Source: Chrysomallon squamiferum
Taxonomy: Eukaryota; Animalia; Mollusca
Length of the DNA: 64,000 nucleotides
Assembly (NCBI GenBank): GCA_012295275.1
Contig: CM022679.1
Location: 20,708,001-20,772,000, forward strand
Direction: 5' to 3'
Positions 38,801 through 51,800 of this stretch are shown in pieces (within the stretch, counting starts at the first letter, position 1; every line of letters starts with the position of its first letter). The notes under the pieces are model-generated. The model saw only the letters and a list, made by a program, of their open reading frames with translations. It was not told the DNA's origin and ran no database searches. The position numbers and the translations under genes are program-made.

Positions 38801-41800
38801 CAAAATTAATTCCATGACTACTAGTGTTACTCTTATTGTTTAAATCATATTGTTCTTAAATTCTGCTTCATGATGGTGATAATGTTTTTAATTAAATTTA
38901 CTACTATCACTATCAATATTATTTTTACTAATATTATTACTATTAATTTCTTTCATTTTATTTGAATTACTTTTTTCAAGCAAATATTTCTTTTTCCAAT
39001 TTTTATTAATTTGTTCTTTACGAAATGTACAGACATTTCTGTTTACCATTTCGGTGATGTCCTTCAACTACACCATTCTTAAGCAGAAGGTGCATGTGTA
39101 GATTCTTCTCTTCAGCTTCCTCTTCTCATCCTGAGAAAACAAGCCGTAAAAATGTCTATATTTCATTTCACAAACATTAAAACAAATACAAATTTAATTC
39201 CATCAGTAATAGTGTTACCTTCATTACTATCATCATCATGATAATTCTTAACATTCTCTTTGATAATGATGATGATGACGTTGATGTCATCGTTGTTATT
39301 ACTCTGTTAACTTTATGATTGTCATCATCAGTATTCTCACTACTACTATTTCATTTTTATTCTAAACATTTTACTCCCATTAAAATTTATTTATTTCATT
39401 TTATTTTAATACTTTTTCTACCATTTCGATGATGTCCTTCGACTACACCATTCTTAACCAGAAGGTGCATATGTTGATTCTCCTCTTCTGTTCCCTCTTC
39501 AGAAGGCATTTCTGTTTTCCATTTCGGTGATGTCCTTCGACTACACCATTCTTAAGCAGATGGTGCCTGTGTGGATTCTCCTCTTCGGTTTCGTCTTCTG
39601 ATCCTGAGTAAAGAAACTGTAGAAATGTCATTATTTCCTTTAACTAACATTAAAACAAATACAAAATTAATTCCATCTGTACTAGTGTTACTCTCATTAC
39701 TACCATTATCATAATAATTCTCATTATTCTCTTTGATAGTGACGATGATGACATTGATGTCATCATTGTTATTTCTCTTGTTAATAGCTGTATGATTCTC
39801 ATCATCAGTATTATCACTATTACTATTTTGATTATTGATGTAAAAAATTTTACTCTTCTTGAAATTAATTTATTTCATTTTATTTTAATAACTTTTTCTA
39901 AAGGAAATACTTTTATTATTCAATTTTTAGTAACTTGTTCTTTACAAAATGTGCAGGCATTTCTGTTTACCATTTCGGTGATGTCCTTCGACTGCACCAT
40001 TCTTAAGGAGACGGTGCATGTGTGGATTCTCCTCATCAGCCTCCTCTTGGGTTTCCTCTTCTCATCCTGAGAAAACAAACCGTAGAAATGTCGTTATTTC
40101 ATTTAACAAATATTAAAACAAATACAAAATTAATTCCATGACTGCTAGTGTTACTCTTATTCTTTTAATCATATTGTTCTTAAATTCTGCTTCATGATGG
40201 TGATGATGTTTTTAATTAAATTTACTACTATCACTATCAATATTATTTTTACTAATATTATTACTATTAATTTCTTTCATTTTATTTGAATTACGTTTTT
40301 CAAGCAAATATTTCTTTTTCCAATTTTTATTAATTTGTTCTTTACGAAATGTACAGACATTTCTGTTTTCCATTTCGGTGATGTCCTTCGACTACACCAT
40401 TCTTAAGCAGATGGTGCCTGTGTGGATTCTCCTCTTCGGTTTCGTCTTCTGATCCTGAGTAAAGAAACTGTAGAAATGTCATTATTTCCTTTAACTAACA
40501 TTAAAACAAATACAAAATTAATTCCATCTGTACTAGTGTTACTCTCATTACTACCATTATCATAATAATTCTCATTATTCTCTTTGATAGTGACGATGAT
40601 GACATTGATGTCATCATTGTTATTTCTCTTGTTAATAGCTGTATGATTCTCATCATCAGTATTATCACTATTACTATTTTGATTATTGATAAAAAAAATT
40701 GTACTCTTATTGAAATTAATTTATTTCATTTTATTTTAATAACTTTTTCTAAAGCAAATACTTTTATTTTTCAATTTTTAGTAACTTGTTCTTTACAAAA
40801 TGTGCAGGCATTTCTGTTTACCATTTCGGTGATGTCCTTCGACTACACCATTCTTAAGCAGACGGTGCATGTGTGGATTCTCCTCTTCAGCCTGTGGATT
40901 CTCCTCTTCAGCCTCCCTCTTCGGTTTCCTCTTCGGGTTCCTCTTGGGTTTCCTCTTCTCATCCTGAGAAAACAAACCGTAGAAATGTCGTTATTTCATT
41001 TAACAAATATAAAACAAATACAAAATTAATTCCATGACTGCTAGTGTTACTCTTATTCTTTTAATCATATTGTTCTTAAATTCTGCTTCATGATGGTGAT
41101 GATGTTTGATGATCATTTTTTTTAATTAAATTTACTACTATCAATTATCACTATCATTATTATCAATATTATTTTTACTAATATTATTACTATTAATTTC
41201 TTTCATTTTATTTGAATTATGTTTTTCAAGCAAATATTTCTTTTTCCAATTTTTATTAATTTGTTCTTTACGAAATGTACAGACATTTCTGTTTACCATT
41301 TCGGTGATGTCCTTCGACTACACCATTCTTAAGCAGAAGGTGCATGTGTAGATTCTTCTCTTCAGCTTCCTCTTCTCATCCTGAGAAAACAAGCCGTAAA
41401 ATGTCTATATTTCATTTCACAAACATTAAAACAAATAAACAAATTTAATTATGATGGTGTTTTTTTATTTTTCATCATCATCATATAATCATTAATTCAT
41501 TAACAAATACAAATTTAATTCCGTCATTAATAGTGTTACCTTCATTACTATCATCATCATGATAATTCTTAACATTCTATTTGATAATGATGATGATGAC
41601 GTTGATGTCATCGTTGTTATTGCTCTGTTAACTGTATGATTGTCATCATCAGTATTCTATTACTATTTCATTTTTATTCTAAACATTTTACTCCCATGAA
41701 AATTAATTTATTTCATTTTATTTTAATACTTTTTCTACCATTTCGATGATGTCCTTCGACTACACCATTCTTAACCAGAAGGTGCATATGTTGATTCTCC

Positions 41801-44800
41801 TCTTCTGTTCCCTCTTCTCATCCAGAAGGCATTTCTGTTTTCCATTTCGGTGATGGCCTTCGACTACACCATTCTTAAGCAGATGGTGCATATGTTGATT
41901 CTCCTCTTCTGTTCCCTCTTCTCATCCAGAAGGCATTTCTGTTTTCCATTTCGGTGATGTCCTTCGACTACACCATTCTTAAGCAGATGGTGCCTGTGTG
42001 GATTCTCCTCTTCGGTTTCGTCTTCTGATCCTGAGTAAAGAAACTGTAGAAATGTCATTATTTCCTTTAACTAACATTAAAACAAATACAAAATTAATTC
42101 CATCTGTACTAGTGTTACTCTCATTACTACCATTATCATAATAATTCTCATTATTCTCTTTGATAGTGACGATGATGACATTGATGTCATCATTGTTATT
42201 TCTCTTGCTAATAGCTGTATGATTCTCATCATCAGTATTATCACTATTACTATTTTCATAATTGATGTAAAAAATTTTACTCTTATTGAAATTAATTTAT
42301 TTCATTTTATTTTAATAACTTTTTCTAAAGCAAATACTTTTATTTCTCACTTGTTAGTAACTTGTTCTTTACAAAATGTGCAGGCATTTCTGTTTACCAT
42401 TTCGGTGATGTCCTTCGACTACACCATTCTTAAGCAGACGGTGCATGTGTGGATTCTCCTCTTCGGTTTCCTCTTCGGTTTCGTCTTCTGTTCCCTCTTC
42501 TCATCCAGAAGGCATTTCTGTTTTCCATTTCGGTGATGTCCTTCGACTACACCATTCTTAAGCAGATGGTGCCTGTGTGGATTCTCCTCTTCGGTTTCGT
42601 CTTCTGATCCTGAGTAAAGAAACTGTAGAAATGTCATTATTTCCTTTAACTAACATTAAAACAAATACAAAACAAAATTAATTCCATCTGTACTAGTGTT
42701 ACTCTCATTACTACCATTATCATAATAATTCTCATTATTCTCTTTGATAGTGACGATGATGACATTGATGTCATCATTGTTATTTCTCTTGTTAATAGCT
42801 GTATGATTCTCATCATCAGTATTATCACTATTACTATTTTGATTATTGATAAAAAATTTTTTACTCTTATTGAAATTAATTTATTTCATTTTATTTTAAT
42901 AACTTTTTCTAAAGCAAATACTTTTATTTCTCACTTGTTAGTAACTTGTTCTTTACAAAATGTGCAGGCATTTCTGTTTACCATTTCGGTGATGTCCTTC
43001 GACTACACCATTCTTAAGCAGACGGTGCATGTGTGGATTCTCCTCTTCGGTTTCCTCTTCGGTTTCGTCTTCTGTTCCCTCTTCTCATCCAGAAGGCATT
43101 TCTGTTTTCCATTTCGGTGATGTCCTTCGACTACACCATTCTTAAGCAGATGGTGCCTGTGTGGATTCTCCTCTTCGGTTTCGTCTTCTGATCCTGAGTA
43201 AAGAAACTGTAGAAATGTCATTATTTCCTTTAACTAACATTAAAACAAATACAAAATTAATTCCATCTGTACTAGTGTTACTCTCATTACTACCATTATC
43301 ATAATAATTCTCATTATTCTCTTTGATAGTGACGATGATGACATTGATGTCATCATTGTTATTTCTCTTGTTAATAGCTGTATGATTCTCATCATCAGTA
43401 TTATCACTATTACTATTTTGATTATTGATAAAAAAAATTGTACTCTTATTGAAATTAATTTATTTCATTTTATTTTAATAACTTTTTCTAAAGCAAATAC
43501 TTTTATTTTTCAATTTTTAGTAACTTGTTCTTTACAAAATGTGCAGGCATTTCTGTTTACCATTTCGGTGATGTCCTTCGACTGCACCATTCTTAAGCAG
43601 ACGGTGCATGTGTGGATTCTCCTCTTCAGCCTCCTCTTCGGTTTCCTCTTCGGGTTCCTCTTGGGTTTCCTCTTCTCATCCTGAGAAAACAAACCGTAGA
43701 AATGTCGTTATTTCATTTAACAAATATTAAAACAAATACAAAATTAATTCCATGACTGCTAGTGTTACTCTTATTCTTTTAATCATATTGTTCTTAAATT
43801 CTGCTTCATGATGGTGATGATGTTTTTAATTAAATTTACTACTATCACTATCAATATTATTTTTACTAATATTATTACTATTAATTTCTTTCATTTTATT
43901 TGAATTACTTTTTTCAAGCAAATATTTCTTTTTCCAATTTTTATTAATTTGTTCTTTACGAAATGTACAGACATTTCTGTTTACCATTTCGGTGATGTCC
44001 TTCGACTACACCATTCTTAAGCAGAAGGTGCATGTGTAGATTCTTCTCTTCAGCTTCCTCTTCTCATCCTGAGAAAACAAGCCGTAAAAATGTCTATATT
44101 TCATTTCACAAACATTAAAACAAATACAAATTTAATTCCGTCATTAATAGTGTTACCTTCATTACTATCATCATCATGATAATTCTTAACATTCTATTTG
44201 ATAATGATGATGATGACGTTGATGTCATCGTTGTTATTGCTCTGTTAACTGTATGATTGTCATCATCAGTATTCTATTACTATTTCATTTTTATTCTAAA
44301 CATTTTACTCCCATGAAAATTAATTTATTTCATTTTATTTTAATACTTTTTCTACCATTTCGATGATGTCCTTCGACTACACCATTCTTAACCAGAAGGT
44401 GCATATGTTGATTCTCCTCTTCTGTTCCCTCTTCTCATCCAGAAGGCATTTCTGTTTTCCATTTCGGTGATGTCCTTCGACTCCATTTTCAGATGGTGCA
44501 TATGTTGATTCTCCTCTTCTGTTCCCTCTTCTCATCCAGAAGGCATTTCTGTTTTCCATTTTGATGGCCTTGATGATCCTTTCGACTACACCATTCTTAA
44601 GCAGATGGTGCATATGTTGATGTTCCTCTTCTTGTTTTCCATTTCGGTGATGGCCTTCGACTACACCATTCTTAAGCAGATGGTGCATATGTTGATTCTC
44701 CTCTTCTGTTCCCTCTTCTCATCCAGAAGGCATTTCTGTTTTCCATTTCGGTGATGTCCTTCGACTACACCATTCTTAAGCAGATGGTGCCTGTGTGGAT

Positions 44801-45909
44801 TCTCCTCTTCGGTTTCGTCTTCTGATCCTGAGTAAAGAAACTGTAGAAATGTCATTATTTCCTTTAACTAACATTAAAACAAATACAAAATTAATTCCAT
44901 CTGTACTAGTGTTACTCTCATTACTACCATTATCATAATAATTCTCATTATTCTCTTTGATAGTGACGATGATGACATTGATGTCATCATTGTTATTTCT
45001 CTTGTTAATAGCTGTATGATTCTCATCATCAGTATTATCACTATTACTATTTTGATTATTGATAAAAAAAATTTTACTCTTATTGAAATTAATTTATTTC
45101 ATTTTATTTTAATAACTTTTTCTAAAGCAAATACTTTTATTTCTCACTTGTTAGTAACTTGTTCTTTACAAAATGTGCAGGCATTTCTGTTTACCATTTC
45201 GGTGATGTCCTTCGACTACACCATTCTTAAGCAGACGGTGCATGTGTGGATTCTCCTCTTCGGTTTCCTCTTCGGTTTCGTCTTCTGTTCCCTCTTCTCA
45301 TCCAGAAGGCATTTCTGTTTTCCATTTCGGTGATGTCCTTCGACTACACCATTCTTAAGCAGATGGTGCCTGTGTGGATTCTCCTCTTCGGTTTCGTCTT
45401 CTGATCCTGAGTAAAGAAACTGTAGAAATGTCATTATTTCCTTTAACTAACATTAAAACAAATACAAAATTAATTCCATCTGTACTAGTGTTACTCTCAT
45501 TACTACCATTATCATAATAATTCTCATTATTCTCTTTGATAGTGACGATGATGACATTGATGTCATCATTGTTATTTCTCTTGTTAATAGCTGTATGATT
45601 CTCATCATCAGTATTATCACTATTACTATTTTGATTATTGATAAAAAATTTTTTACTCTTATTGAAATTAATTTATTTCATTTTATTTTAATAACTTTTT
45701 CTAAAGCAAATACTTTTATTTCTCACTTGTTAGTAACTTGTTCTTTACAAAATGTGCAGGCATTTCTGTTTACCATTTCGGTGATGTCCTTCGACTACAC
45801 CATTCTTAAGCAGACGGTGCATGTGTGGATTCTCCTCTTCGGTTTCCTCTTCGGTTTCATCCTGGGAAAATAAACCGTAGAATTGTCTATATTTCTTTTA
45901 ACAAACATA
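35820..45909 (-). repeat. Tandem array of ~400-600-bp exon/intron-like cassettes, with ~30 copies of an 84+12n-nt GC-richer core
   Basis: The core CCATTTCGGTGATGTCCTTCGACTACACCATTCTTAAGCAG recurs throughout. On -, many cores are bounded by TTTGTTTTCTCAG| and ATG|GTAAACAG (e.g. 43680-43561, 39130-39047, 38191-38108). Confidence 0.93.
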
Positions 45910-46109
45910 NNNNNNNNNNNNNNNNNNNNNNNNNNNNNNNNNNNNNNNNNNNNNNNNNNNNNNNNNNNNNNNNNNNNNNNNNNNNNNNNNNNNNNNNNNN
46001 NNNNNNNNNNNNNNNNNNNNNNNNNNNNNNNNNNNNNNNNNNNNNNNNNNNNNNNNNNNNNNNNNNNNNNNNNNNNNNNNNNNNNNNNNNNNNNNNNNNN
46101 NNNNNNNNN
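45910..46109. other. Assembly gap (200 N)
   Basis: Run of N; the round number suggests a scaffolding placeholder of unknown true size. Confidence 0.99.
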
Positions 46110-47123
46110 GTGAACACATATCACTAAAGGGAGATAAGTCTAATCGTCCATAATTCTTACTGTGCTTAGTGAGTACATCTCAAGTAATGGAACTAACTCT
46201 AATCTGTGTTTGTGAACACATATCACTAAAGGGAGATAAGTCTAATCCATATAATTTTTACTTTCCTTAGTGAGTACATCTCAAGTAATGGAACTAACAC
46301 TAATCTGTGTTTGTGAACACATATCACAAAAGGGAGATAAGTCTAATTCATATAATTTTTACTTTGCTTAGTGAGTACATCTCAATGTAAGGGACCTAAC
46401 TCTAATCTCTTTTCGTGAACACACATCACTAAAGGGAGATAAGTCTAATCGATATCATTTTTAGTTTGCTTAGTATATATATATATATATACACACACAC
46501 ATATACAGAGAAAACATCTGGTACTGAATGCATATAAAATTCTAAAAGAAACAAAATTTAATTAATTAAAAATTGTCCGAAAATTTAATAATAAATAAAC
46601 ATCAGAATATTAATACAATACAAAAAGAAATAATATATTCTGATAATAAAACCAATTCTATTAAATGACACAATAAATAATTTTATTTACTGATTGTTTT
46701 ATTTTAACAACAACAAGCAAAGGAGACAGATAAAATAAATGAATAAGTAAACAAATAAATAAAGTATTATACTGTATTATGGAAAATCGAAATAATTTTT
46801 TTAGATTCCTTAGTGAGTACATCTCACGTAAGGGACCTAACTCTAATCTCTGTTCGTGAACACATATCACTAAAGGGAGATAAGTCTAATCGATATAATT
46901 TTTACTTTCGTCAGTGAGTACATCTCAAGTAATGGACCTAATCTGTGTTTCTGAACACATATCACTAAAGGGAGATAATTCTAAACGATATGATTTTTAG
47001 TTTCCTTTAGTATGTATATATAACCATACACACAAACACACACATACACACATATACAGAGAAATATCTCCTACTGAATGCATATACAATTCTAAAAGAA
47101 GCAAAAATTCAATTAATTAAAAA
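46110..47123 (-). repeat. Inverted copy of the 101-bp compound repeat (reverse complement of ~34740-35770)
   Basis: GTGAACACATATCACTAAAGGGAGATAAGTCTAATC and the AT-rich spacer at 46500-46800 are the reverse complements of 35640-35770 and 35280-35590. Confidence 0.93.
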
Positions 47124-47739
47124 GACCATTGCAATCTTTTTCTGTGCCAAATTTTAGAATTAACTTTTTTATATTTTATTGAAGATGCATCTTATGATAA
47201 CATGCAAGAGTTGACTGGTTGAGGTAACGAATCAATATGTGATTGGTTCAGCATGTGTCGTAACATTTGTACCCAAATTGTTTCCGTTAACAATCGTGGA
47301 GAAATGATAAGAACTGATGAAGAGCACTGAAAATCGACGAAGCTCGGTTTGCAGGGCGCCAGTAATACAACAGAGGGAGGATGCTGCAAGGAGACCACGC
47401 CCGTGATTCAGCTGATAGCAAAGCTAGAGCAGAAAACAACCGAATCCATGAAGACGCATTGATGGAACCTGAGTCTGAAGACAGGTGCACACTGTTGCTA
47501 TTTTTGTTTAGAGAAAAAAAATCGTGAGACACTTGAACCCATAATTCAGACAGAAGTTGCAATATATTTGGTTATTCATTATACGAATGACCAGAATACT
47601 TCAATTTAAATGGTCTGAATTTCAGCCATCCTACTGTCAATCACCAATGACATTTTGTTGATTAGCACACTGAAGCCAGTATTGAAAGAACCTGTTTGGT
47701 TTCGAACTTTTTGGCGTAGAATGTTCTCGGTGTAGATCA

Positions 47740-48345
47740 CTCTTTCTCTCTGTCTGTCTGTCTGACTGACTGTCTCTCTATTTCTGGCTCTGCTTGTCTC
47801 TCTCTCTCTCTCTCACTCACTATCTTTCTCTCTGCCTGTCTCTATCTCTCGCTCTGGTTGTCTCTCTATCTCTCTTTCCTGTCTCTCCCCTATTCTTCTA
47901 TCTGTCTCTCTGTCGCTCTCTCTTTCTCTTTCTCTGTCCCTCTATGTCTCTCTCTGTCTGACTCTCCCTGTATCTCTCTATCTCTCTCTGTCCCTATCTC
48001 TTTTTCTTCTTCTCCTTCTCCCTCTATCTCTGTCTCTCGCTTTCTCTCTCTCTCTTTCTCCCTCCCCGTCTATCTCTGTCTCTCTCTGTCACTCTCTCTT
48101 CCTCACTCCGTCTCTCTCTGTCACTATCTCCCTTTGTCTCTGTATCTACCCCTGTGTCTTTCTCTCTGTTCTCTCTCTTTCTCTCTATGACTCCCTCATT
48201 CTCTTTCTCTGTCTCTCTGTGTCTCTCTGTCTATCTCCTTGTGTGTCTCGGTCCCTGTCTCTCTCAGTATCTCTCTGTCTCCCTCTGTTTCCTTCTCTGA
48301 CTCTTTCTCTTTCTCTCAGCCTCTCTGACTCTCTCTGTCTCTGTT
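47740..48345. repeat. CT-rich degenerate microsatellite tract
   Basis: Mosaic of (CT)n and (CTGT)n. Confidence 0.95.
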
Positions 48346-48844
48346 AACAATAACAATAATAATAAAAACAGTAATAATTATTTACTACAATAAAAATACA
48401 ATATTAACAATATATCATCAATAAAAATATAAGAAATAAAATAAAATAATATTAGATGAAACTCACAGACATACGCATATACACAAACACTTAATGAATT
48501 CATCTTCCATACCACGCTCTGGAAATCATTATATTTGTGAAATTTAAATAACGTATCTGTATGAAAACGCAGAAAAACAGTATTTACATGTATTTCAAAT
48601 TTTTATACCACATTTTTAGAGTGAAATGAAATGTTTATGAAAACATACAAACTTACAGTCCTAGAGAAACACAAGTCTCTCTTTTTCTAACAAATAACAT
48701 ATACAACTTTCACGTATCAGAAAGGAATTTACCAACAAATTTTGAAAAAGGAAAATAAAAATAATACTAATGATATATATTTGAATTTAGATTTCTGTTT
48801 CATTTAAATAGTTTAGTTAAGTGCTAAACAAATAAAGAAAACGT

Positions 48845-51800
48845 TAATCAAAATAAAATATAAATTGGTATCAGGACTGTATTGATTAGCAGGCTACTAC
48901 TTCCCATACTGACTTTCTTCATTTCATTATTCAGAAAGAAACCAGAGAATACTAAATGAGTAAAGAAAAAATAAAAATAAAAATTTAGGCGACGTCGTTT
49001 CACTGCTGTATTTAGAGTCGGCTCCCTTATGCGACATATCTTCACTGGTACATTTAGAGTTGCCTCCCTTATTGAATATCTGTTCATTGGTTTATTTAGA
49101 GTAGCCTCCCTTACGTGAGATATCTTCACTGGTATTAAAGAAGTAAACGTAGAAAGAAAAGTAAGAACGAACATTGAAGAAGGTGAGCGAATGAACAAAA
49201 CGGAAGAATGAATAAAGATAGAAAAAACTAATAAAAGATATCGAAGCATAGTACTCTTTAAACGCAGGATTCTTTTCAGGTTTTATTCAAAATAAAATAT
49301 AAAATCATATGTAGACTGCATTGATTAGCATACTGAATTTCTTCATTTGATTACTCACAAAGAAAAGAGAGAATACTAACTGACTGACGAAAAAAGAAAT
49401 GAAACTTATGCGAGTTGTGTTCACTGGTAAATTTAGAGTGGCCTCCCTTATGTGAGATGTATTCACTGGGATATTTAGAGTGGCCTCCCTTATGTGAGAT
49501 GTGTTCACTGCTATATTTAGAGTGGCCTCCCTTATGTGACATGTGTTCACTGCTTTTTAGAGTCGCCTCCCTTATGTGAGATGTGTTCACTGGTATATTT
49601 ACAGTGGCTTCCCTTATGTGAGATGTGTTCACTGGTTTTTAGAGTCGCCTCCCTTATGTGAGATGTGTTCATTCGTATATTTAGAGTGCCCTCCCTTATG
49701 CGAGATGTGTTCACTAGTATAGTTACAATAGCCTACCTCATGCGAGATGTGTTCACTGGAATTAAGAAAATAACAAAGAAAATTCGATTACAAAAGCATA
49801 AATAAACAGTCAGTGAGAGCAGAGTGTATGATCTGATTAAAGATGTATGATAAATAAATAATAAATAAATCATAATATGAAAAAACAAAGAATGATGGAA
49901 AGAATGAAAGAAAGGAAACCAAAGATAGAAAATATGGAAAGAAAGAAAGAAAGAAAGAAAGGTAGAAAAGAAAGAAGTAAAGGTAGAAAGAGAAGAAACA
50001 ACGAAGGAAAGAAAGAAAAGAAAGAAAACGTTGAAGCAGGTGAGCGAATGAACAAAACGGAAGAATGAATAAATATAGAAAAAACTAATAAAAGATATCG
50101 AAGCGTAGTACTCTTTAAACGCAGGATTCTTTTCAGCTTTTATTCAAAACAAAATATAAAATCATATGTAGACTGCATTGATTAGCAGGTTAAGAATTTC
50201 CATACTGAATTTCTTCATTTGATTACTGAGAAAGAAAAGAGAGAATACTAACTGACTGACGAAAAAAGAAATGAAACTTATGCGAGTTGTGTTCACTGGT
50301 ATATTTAGAGTGGCTTCCCTTATGTGAGATGTACTCACTGCTATATTTAGAGTGGCCTCCCTTATGTGACATGTGTTCACTGCTTTTTAGAGTGGCCTCC
50401 CTTATGTGAGATGTGTTCACTGGTATATTTAGAGTGGCTTCCCTTATGTGAGATGTGTTCACTGGTTTTTAGAGTCGCCTCCCTTATGTGAGATGTGTTC
50501 ACTGGTATATTTAGAGTGCTCTCCCTTATCCGAGATGTGTTCACTAGTATAGTTACAATAGCCTACCTCGTGCGAGATGTGTTCACTGGAATTAAGAAAA
50601 TAACAAAGAAAATTCGATTACAAAAGCATAAATAAGCAGTCAGTGAGAGCAGACTGTATGAAGTGATAAAAATGTATGATGAATAAATAATAAATAAATC
50701 ATAATATGAAAAAAAAAAGAATGATGGAAAGAATGAAAGAAAGGAAACCAAAGATAGAAAATATGGAAAGAAAGAAAGAAAGAAAGAAAGAAAGGTAGAA
50801 AAGAAAGAAGTAAAGTTAGAAAGAAAACAAACAACGAAGGAAAGAAAGAGAAAAGAAAAGAAAACATTGAAGAAGGTGAGCGAATGAACAAAACGGAAGA
50901 ATGAATAAAGATAGAAAAAAAAATAAAAGATATCGAAGCATAGTACTCTTTAAACGCAGGATTCTTTTTTCAGGTTTTATTCAAAATAAAATATAAAATC
51001 ATATGTAGACTGCATTGATTAGCATACTGAATTTCTTCATTTGATTACTCACAAAGAAAAGAGAGAATACTAACTGACTGACGAAAAAAGAAATGAAACT
51101 TATGCGAGTTGTGTTCACTGGTAAATTTAGAGTGGCCTCCCTTATGTGAGATGTATTCACTGGGATATTTAGAGTGGCCTCCCTTATGTGAGATGTGTTC
51201 ACTGATATATTTAGAGTGGCCTCCCTTATGTGACATGTGTTCACTGCTTTTTTAGAGTCGCCTCCCCTTATGTGAGATGTGTTCACTGGTATATTTACAG
51301 TGGCTTCCCTTATGTGAGATGTGTTCACTGGTTTTTAGAGTCGCCTCCCTTATGTGAGATGTGTTCATTCGTATATTTAGAGTGCCCTCCCTTATGCGAG
51401 ATGTGTTCACTAGTATAGTTACAATAGCCTACCTCATGCGAGATGTGTTCACTGGAATTAAGAAAATAACAAAGAAAATTCGATTACAAAAGCATAAATA
51501 AACAGTCAGTGAGAGCAGAGTGTATGATCTGATTAAAGATGTATGATAAATAAATAATAAATAAATCATAATATGAAAAAACAAAGAATGATGGAAAGAA
51601 TGAAAGAAAGGAAACCAAAGATAGAAAATATGGAAAGAAAGAAAGAAAGGTAGAAAAGAAAGAAGTAAAGGTAGAAAGAGAAGAAACAACGAAGGAAAGA
51701 AAGAAAAGAAAGAAAACGTTGAAGCAGGTGAGCGAATGAACAAAACGGAAGAATGAATAAATATAGAAAAAAATAATAAAAGATATCGAAGCGTAGTACT

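Noticed and set aside
43510-43692. HTCTVC...CTFC as a C4 zinc finger gene
   Set aside because: The second CxxC lies beyond the apparent GTAAAC donor, and most copies have TAG between the pairs, so it is not supportable as a CDS.
35897-45873. Repeated plus-strand hydrophobic ORFs MILIISIITITI...
   Set aside because: They derive from AT-rich (ATT/ATC) spacer sequence antisense to the splice-signal-bearing strand, with variable ends and no domain.
45795-46127. ORFs spanning X runs
   Set aside because: Artefacts of the N gap.
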